Below are positions 53,301 through 62,300 of a stretch of 64,000 nt of DNA, piece after piece; position 1 is the stretch's first letter, and every line of letters begins with the position of its first letter. The notes beneath the pieces were generated by a model that saw only the letters and a program-made list of their open reading frames with translations, had not been told where the DNA came from and made no database searches. The position numbers were made by a program, and so were the translations under genes. This stretch comes from Leucoraja ocellata (taxonomy: Eukaryota). The stretch lies in assembly GCA_036785375.1 (NCBI GenBank), contig JAWMAR010000053.1:4526001-4590000 (forward strand). The letters are read 5' to 3'.

Positions 53301-56300
53301 AAAGAACCAGAAGACAATGGTGGTGCTGTTATCTCTAACTATATAATTGAAAAACGAGACGTTGCAGCACCTCTATGGATCCCTATATCATCCACATCCA
53401 AAAAGCACAGCATTATGGCTAAGTACCTAATGGAAGGCACCCAGTATTTATTCCGTGTGGCGGCTGAAAATCAGTATGGTAGAAGCAGCTTTATTGAATC
53501 AACAAAGCCAATAAAGGCGATTGATCCAACATGTAAGTTGTCATTTGCTGAGACTTTTGTATGAAAGCTCATAATAATTATATCCACAGGGTTTAACTAA
53601 TCTGGTTATGTTATATTTATAGCTCCTCCTGGCCCACCTAAGAACTTACACCATGTTGATGTGGACAAGACTGAGGTTGGACTTGTTTGGAATTACCCAG
53701 ATCGTGATGGGGGTTCAGAAATCACAGGATTTTTAGTGGAATACCAGGAAGAAGGAGCAAAAGATTGGAATGTATTCAAAACTGTTACTATACCTGAATG
53801 TGTTGTAACTGGCTTAGAACAGGGAAAGACATACATCTTCCGTGTTAAAGCTCAAAATGCTGCCGGGCTCAGTCGTCCAGATACAACTGTGCCTGTACTG
53901 TGTCATGAGAAGTTAGGTTGGTTGGTTGTTTACTTTCTTTGTTCTTTCAATTATTTTTATTCTTTAATTCATTGGCACTCCCATCACATGTACTGATTCA
54001 CTTATGCTTTTGTATTACAGTGTCACCCTCGGTGGATGTTGATGTAAGTTTGATTGAAGGTCTTGTTGTGAAGGCTGGTAGCACAGTCAGACTTCCTGCT
54101 TTAATGAGAGGTATTCCTATTCCATCAGTGAAGTGGGTCACTGATAGTATTGAACTTAAATCTGAAGGCAATTACAAGATTGATACTGACGACCACTCTA
54201 CCGTCCTAACAATTAAGGATTGCACCAGAAAACATAGTGGTGAATATGTACTTACTGTGTCCAATCCAGCTGGGAGTAAGTCGGTGGCTCTACACTTGAT
54301 GGTCCTGGATATTCCAGGCCCTCCAGTTGGACCAACCAATATTCTTGAAGTAACACCGCAGCACATGATCATTTCTTGGCGTCCACCTAAGGATGATGGT
54401 GGAAGTCCTGTTATGAATTATATTGTTGAGAAACGAGAAACTAAGAAGGAAACATGGGGTATTGTTAGCTCTGGAGGTACAAGTACCCAAGCTAAAATTC
54501 CACGTCTCCAAAAAGGCTGTGAATATATTGTGCGTGTTCGAGCAGAAAACAGAATTGGTATTGGTGAACCATTAGAGTCTAAACCAACCGTAGCTAAGTA
54601 CATGTTTGATGTTCCAGGACCACCTACTAAGCCAGCTATGTATGATATCACAGAAAATGCAGTAACAGTTTCTTGGGGTATACCAAAGTATGATGGTGGA
54701 AGTCCAATTATTGGTTACATAATGGAGCGCAGAGAAAAAAATGGTAAATGGATCAGAGTGAATAAGACTCCAATTCTAGATATAAAATTGAGAACTGTTG
54801 GACTTTTTGAAGGTAATTCATATGAATTCAGAATATTTGCAGAAAATATTGCTGGTCTAAGCAAACCGTCACCGATCTCTGATTCAGTCTCGGCAATTCG
54901 TCCAATAAGGCCACCCGGACCACCAATCAATCCTAAACTGAAAGACAAATCAAGAGAAACTGCTGACTTAGTCTGGACAAAGCCCACCAATGATGGAGGA
55001 AGCCCAATCTTAGGATACATTGTTGAATGTCAGAAATCAGACACGACAAAATGGAATAGAATTAACAAAGACGATCTGATCGCACAGTGTGCTTTTAGAG
55101 TACCCGGCCTCATTGAAGGAAATGAATACAGATTCCGTATAAAGGCCGCCAATGTTATTGGTGAAGGTGAACCAAGAGAGCTGCCAGAATCTGTTATTGT
55201 AAAAGATATTCTTCATCCACCGGAGCTGGAACTTGATATTGTTTGTCGTGATCTAATCACATTTCGTGTTGGACAAACTATTGCGCTAAAAGGACGTGTC
55301 AAAGGCCGACCAGATCCAGAAATTACATGGTCAAAAGAAGGCAAGGTATTTGTTGCAGGCAAACGTGTAGAGATTCATAATGACTATCCTGTTATACAGC
55401 TCTTTATTAAAGAGGCAACCAGAGAAGATCATGGTAAATACCATATTGTTGCTAAAAATACTAGTGGACAAGTGCAAGCTGCTGTTACTGTCAATGTCCT
55501 TGATAGACCAGGCCCTTGTAAGAATATCAGGACAAGCTATGTCACCAAAGATTCCTGTATGCTTTCCTGGGACAATCCAGATGATAATGGAGGCTCAGAA
55601 ATTACTAACTACATAGCAGAATCCCGTCAACCCAGCCAGAGAGGATGGTCGTTGATCTCATCTGATTTGACGAAACGCGTAGTCAAGGTTCAACTTACAT
55701 CAAATCATGAGTACTTCTTCCGCATATGTGCTGAAAACAAAGTTGGATTAGGTCCAACAATTGAAACTAAAACGCCAATCTTAGCCATTGATCCCATTGA
55801 AAAACCTGGGGAACCAGAAAACTTTCATGTTGCTGATGTAGGAAAAACGTTTGTCCTACTTAAATGGAGGAAACCCGATTATGATGGTGGTAGCCCTAAC
55901 CTGTCGTATCATATTGAAAGGATGTTAAAGGACTCAAATCAATGGGAAAGAATGCACAAAGGAAGTATTAAAGAGACACATTTCATGGCTGACAAATGTA
56001 TTGAGAACCAGACTTACCAGTTTAGAGTTCAAGCCAAGAACGAAGGCGGTGAAAGCAATTGGGTGAAGACTGATTATATTATTGTCAAAGTAGAAATGCA
56101 AAAACCAGTCTTAGATCTAAAACTCTCTGGAATATTAATTGTGAAAGCAGGTGAAACTTTCAAAATTGAGGCTGCTCTGAGAGGCAAACCTCAACCAGAA
56201 GTTGTTTGGGTAAAAGACAAAGATGCAATTGATCTTAGCCGATCACCTCGCGTTAAGATCGAAACGACTGCTGATGCATGCAAACTAATCGTAATTAAAT

Positions 56301-59300
56301 CTAAGCGAGAGAACAGTGGAAAATATACAATCACTGCAACCAATCCAGCTGGTTCCTTTACAGCGTACGCTACTGTGAATGTTTTGGATGTACCAAGTGA
56401 AGTCAGAAATCTGAAAGTATCTGGCATTGCAAGTGACAGGTGTAAAGTCAGCTGGGACCCCCCAGAAGATGATGGTGGCTGTGAAATTCAAAACTATGTT
56501 ATAGAAAAATGTGAAAGCAAAAGAATGGTTTGGTCTATATTTTCAACTTCAATTATTAATGATTATGCAAATGTCACTCGTCTGATTGAAGGAAATGAAT
56601 ACCTCTTCAGAGTACGAGCAGAAAACAAAATAGGTACAGGTCCACCAGCAGAAACTAAGCCAATTGTAGCCAAGACACAGTTTAGTAGACCTGGTCCACC
56701 AGATGCACCAGAGGTCACTAAAGTCAGCAAGGATGAAATGACTGTCCATTGGAATCCACCAGAAGATGATGGTGGAAAATCAATTAGAGGATACATTTTG
56801 GAGAAGAAAGAAAAAAGATCTGTTAGATGGGTGCCTGTCACCAAGTCTCCAATCCCAGAAAGGCGAATGAAAGTTACAAATCTGGTTACTGGACATGAAT
56901 ACCAGTTCCGTGTCAAAGCTGAAAATGAAGTTGGATTAGGAGAACCAAGCCCACCTTCAAGACCAATATTAGCAAAGGATCCTATGGGTATGTATATATT
57001 TTTATCACTAATTTAATATTCTGAGCACAATTTGCCTTTTCTCATAAAACACTTGACATTCTCAATTTATTTTCTGTTTGTTCTGTACACAGAACCACCT
57101 GGTCCTCCAAGTGACCTTAAGGTAATCGATAGTACAAAGACCTCCATTACTCTTGGCTGGACAAAGCCTGTATATGATGGTGGTTCTCTTGTCACTGGGT
57201 ATGTTGTTGAAATGAGACCAAAGGGTGTCAAGAAGTCTCCTGAAGAAGGGTGGACAAGATGTAACGTTGCAGCTCAGCTGGTTGTAACTCAGTTTACTGC
57301 AAGCAGCCTTGATGAGAAACAAGAATACGAATTTAAGGTTTCTGCACAGAATCAAGTCGGAATTGGTCGCCCTGCTGAACTTAAAGAAGCAATATTTCCA
57401 AAGGAGATTTTAGGTATGCGTACTTTTGGCCTTTTTTTCCCATTGTAGTATAATGATATGTACATATGGAGATATGTTTAATATGATAACATTTCTTTCG
57501 CCAAGGAAATAATTTATTTCATAAAATCGATCTTTTTCAGAACCTCCAGAAATTGATTTGGATGCAAGCCTGAGAAAGGTTTTAACTGTCAGAGCAGGAT
57601 GTCCTATCAGATTGTTTGCCACCATCAGAGGCCGACCAGCACCTAAGGTTACCTGGAGGAGAATGGGAATCGACAACGTTGTTAGAAGGGGTCGAGTAGA
57701 CCTGCTGGACACAATGACTTTCCTTGTCATTCCTGATAGTACTCGTGATGATTCTGGAAAATATTCATTGATACTTGTAAATGCAGCAGGTGAAAAGGCT
57801 GCATTTGTGAATGTTAAAGTTCTGGGTGAGTACATTTTTTTTGTGTTCTATTTTCCAGATTCAATTTGATCATGGGGAAGATTTATTGATACGTTAAGGA
57901 TAAATGATTTGATTACTATATTTCTTGTCCCAAGAGGACGGATGCTTTGCTGGATCTAATCTTGGGTAATGAAATGGGAATACTGTATTGGGAGATGATC
58001 TCAAATATTGGTCATTGTAGTATAAGATTCGGGTTGTAATAGACATGGACAAGGAGCAACCTGACATGAGATGCTCCAGAAAACTGAGGTGAAAATGCCC
58101 AGGCAAATTGGAGTTTCATGTTGACAGGCCAAAATGTAATGGTGCAACTGTAAGTCTTTAATGTGGAGATTATTTAATAGCAGTTTGGGCAGATGATCAT
58201 AAAGGAATTGACAAAAATAACCAATGCTGAGATTACTGGTTAATGTATTTAGACAGTATGATGAAGTCGAAAAATGGGTCTGACGTGTCAGTTTTATATC
58301 AGGTTTAAATAGAAAATACTGGGGTCATATAAGAAGAAATAAGAAGGGTGAAAAGAAAGTACAACAATAGATTATAGTATAAAGAAACTGTAGATGCTGG
58401 TTTATACCAAAGAATGACACACAATGCTGGAGTAACTCAGCGGGTCAGGCAGCTTCTCTAAAGGAAATGGATAGGTATTGTTTTGGGTCAGGACCCTTCT
58501 TCAGACTCAAGAATAGATTGACAGCTAAGATAAAAGGGAATGAAAAATTGCTTTCGGGCACATTAACAATAAGTATCAGAGTATCAGCTGGGCTTGTACA
58601 CTCTGGAGTTTAGAAGGATGAGAGGATGAAACATATAAGATTGTTAAGGGCTTGGACACGCTAGGGGCAGGAAACGTGTTGTCGATGTTGGGGGAGTCCA
58701 GAACCAGGGGCCACAGTTTAATAATAAGGAGTAAGCCATTTAGAACGAAGACGAGGAAACACTTTTTCTCATAGAGAGTGGTGAGTATGTGGAATTCTCT
58801 GCCTCAGAGGGTGGTGGCAGGTTCTCTGGCTGCTTTCCAGGGCTTAGAAATAGTGGAGTCAGGGGATATGGGGAGAAGGCAGGAACGGGGTACTGATTGG
58901 GGAGGATCAGCCATGATCACATTGAATGGCGGTGCTGGCTCGAAGGGCAGAATGGCCTACTCCTACACCTATTGCCTATTGTCTATTGAAATCCTTGTAA
59001 AATCGTGTCCACGCTCTTTCCAGCACAATGGTATGTTTCCTATATGGTGGTTTTGGAAATTAACGGAAACCAATTACTGAAATTTATATAGCTTGACTAG
59101 ATTTTTTTCAATATTCATTGGGATGTGAATATTGCTGGCAAGGCTAGTACTTAATACCCATCCCTATGTGGCCTTGAAAGGGTGTGAATGAGCTACCTTT
59201 TTGAACAGCTGCAATTCTCAAGGATTGGATTTAGACCAAGTAATGATGAAGGATACATTCCCAAGTCAGGGTGATGTATGACTTGGAGAGGAACATACAG

Positions 59301-62300
59301 GTGGCAATGTTCCTGCGTGCCAACACTTGTGGTGATGGAAGTCAAACGTTTCTAAGGTTCTGTCAGATATGTTATTGCAGTACATTTTGTAAATATTCCA
59401 TATTTCAGTCACGTTCTAATGGTTCAACTAAGGCAGAGAAGATTGAGAAAGCTTAACTTTAGGAAAGATGCATGTAAAATAAAGAAAAACAATTGACAAC
59501 AGATAAATATTTGAAACCACAGACTAAAGGTGATTAACTAGAAAAAGGAACAAGAGAAAAACTATTTTTGTTATTCAAGTGATGAGGATTTGGAATGTGC
59601 TGCTTGATAGTGGAAACAGATTCAAAAGCAGCTTTCAAAGGAGAATTAGATGAGGCAGAAAAATATTTTAGCAAAATAGGAGACGAGTTGGGCAGTGAAT
59701 TGCTCCTACTTGACAGTATAGACTTGATCAGCATAATGGTGTCCTGCGTACTATTGTTTTGTTTTTAGCTTATGTCGATGTTTTTTTTTAATCACTTCCA
59801 GATACACCTGGGCCTGTCTCTGACTTTGATGCCTCCGATATTACAAAAACAGGATGCCAGTTGTCATGGTCACCGCCTGACAATGATGGTGGTAGTCCAG
59901 TAACTCACTATATTTTGGAAAAGCGTGAAGCAGACAGGAAATCCTGGGGCAGAGTGATACAAGATTTGAAGAAAACCAGTTTCAAAGTGATGGGTCTAGC
60001 ACCTGGTACTGAATACTATTTCAGAGTAATTGCTGTCAACCATTATGGTGCTGGGGTTCCAAAAGACATTCCTAAATCAATTATAGCACGAGACCCAATC
60101 AGTAAGTATAATAAGTTTGCACTTTCTCATTAACCTTAAGAAAAATGCCAATGGGGTTTGTTAAATATTTTAATCATGATTTTTGTAAATTATTTTATCA
60201 TCTGGTCTCAAAATAACTTATTTTGAATTTGGTTTTTAGGTGAACCAGATCCACCAAAGAAATTGGATGTCATTGATATAACAAAGAATAGTGCTACACT
60301 GGCATGGTTACCACCTATGCGGGATGGAGGTGCTAAGATTGATGGTTATATCGTTGAATATCAGAAAGAAGGTGAACCTGAGAAACAATGGACACAATAC
60401 TCCACAATCAAGGATCTGAATATTATTGTAACAGGCCTAAAGGAGGGAATTAAGTACAAATTCAGAGTTGCTGCTAGAAATATTGTAGGCACCAGCTTAC
60501 CCAGGGAAACCGAAGGAATTTTTGAAATTAAAGAACAACTGAGTAAGTAAACAGAAAATATTTATTTGTGAATAAGATATCAATATTGAAACAAACATTT
60601 GAAAACATAACATCATGAATGAACTTGAATCAAATTGCAATTATGAAACACATGCCACCTTGCAGTTAATGCCTCCTTTGTAGTGTTACCCAATTATGTG
60701 TACCTTTGCTGCTACTTTCTCACAATGATTTATCAACTGCTGCAATTTTTGGCTTCCTTGTTATTAAAGCCTTTCAAGGAGATCAGATTCCAGAATAACA
60801 AGTTAATGCAATGAGGTTTGGGAGAGGTCTTCTAACTTTTCTGGTGCCTTCTTTTGAGAGAAAACACTGCTGTTCCTTTTAAGGATCTCTGATTCTCACT
60901 AGCTAGTGTGTGCTTAATCAGTTCCTCTCTGAAATTTGTAATTGTGACCTCCAACGATTAATTGCACAAGTAAACATTCCACTCTCTGCTTTTAGCAGGG
61001 CGTTTAACTTCTATTTAATCCCATTCTGTTAGGGAAGTCCAGGACAAGGGGTCACAGCTTAAGGATAAGGGGGAAATCCTTTAAAACCGAGATGAGAAGA
61101 ACTTTTTTCACACAGAGAGTGGTGAATCTCTGGAACTCTCTGCCACAGAGGGTAGTTGAGGCCAGTTCATTGGCCATATTTAAGAGGGAGTTAGATGTGG
61201 CCCTTGTGGCTAAGGGGATCAGGGGGTATGGAGAGAAGGCAGGTACGGGATACTGAGTTGGATGATCAGCCATGATCATATTGAATGCAGGCTCGAAGGG
61301 CCGAATGGCCTACTCCTGCACCTAATTTCTATGTTTCTATGTTTCTATGTGAAAGTGCATTCAGACCGACAATGAAAAAGGTTCTCAACAGATATTTTAC
61401 TTCCCTTTTACCTTCAATCATACGTGAAATGAGAAGATGGTCATTGACATTCAACCCCTGTGATTCTATTATGACATTTTCAAATGTCAAAAGATTTGTG
61501 TTTTATGTGCAATGTAATAGCTCTTAGAAACTATTGAAGGTCCTTCATGTATATTGAGCAGTATTGTAGACCAACTTGTGCATTTTACCCTCAGCAAAAT
61601 CTCACCAGCAGCATACATTGAATCAAGTTTTGATTTGCATATTTAAAAACCGTGCAGCATGTGCTAAGAAAATTGTAACAGATATTTACTTTCCTGCATT
61701 GATAACATTAATGCCATGTTTTCTAATAGTGGCGCCGAAGATTATCATGCCAGAGTTCATAACTATCAAAGCTGGACAGAAGCTCAGAATAGAGGCTCAT
61801 GTCGCTGGCAAGCCTGCACCAATTTGCAAGTGGATGAAAAATGAGGAAGGCGTGATTCCATCCAGCCGGCTAGTTGTGCATAAGACAAAGAACACATCTG
61901 TAATCATCATCAAAGATGTTAGCAGGAAAGACAGTGGTTATTACAGTCTTTCTGCAGAAAATAGCTGTGGCATCGCCACCCAGAAAATCCGAGTAGTGAT
62001 AATGGGTTTGTAAATTTGCTTATATTAATGCATAATGCTTTGAATTTGCATGTGTTCTATTAATCTTTTTATACAAAAGATATGTAATTAATCTTTTTGG
62101 ATGGATTTTTTTGCAGATATTCCTGGACCTCCACAGCCTCCATTTGACATTTCAGAAATTGATGTTGATGCATGTAGTCTTAATTGGCATATACCATTCG
62201 AAGATGGAGGCAGCAACATAACAAACTATGTTGTTGAAAAATGTGATTTAAGCCGTGGGGACTGGGTTACAGCCATAGCTTCTGTAACTAAAACAAACTG

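Noticed and set aside
53918-57016. 1032-aa ORF as a stand-alone gene
   Set aside because: It is the 2967-nt titin exon plus intronic read-through on both sides.
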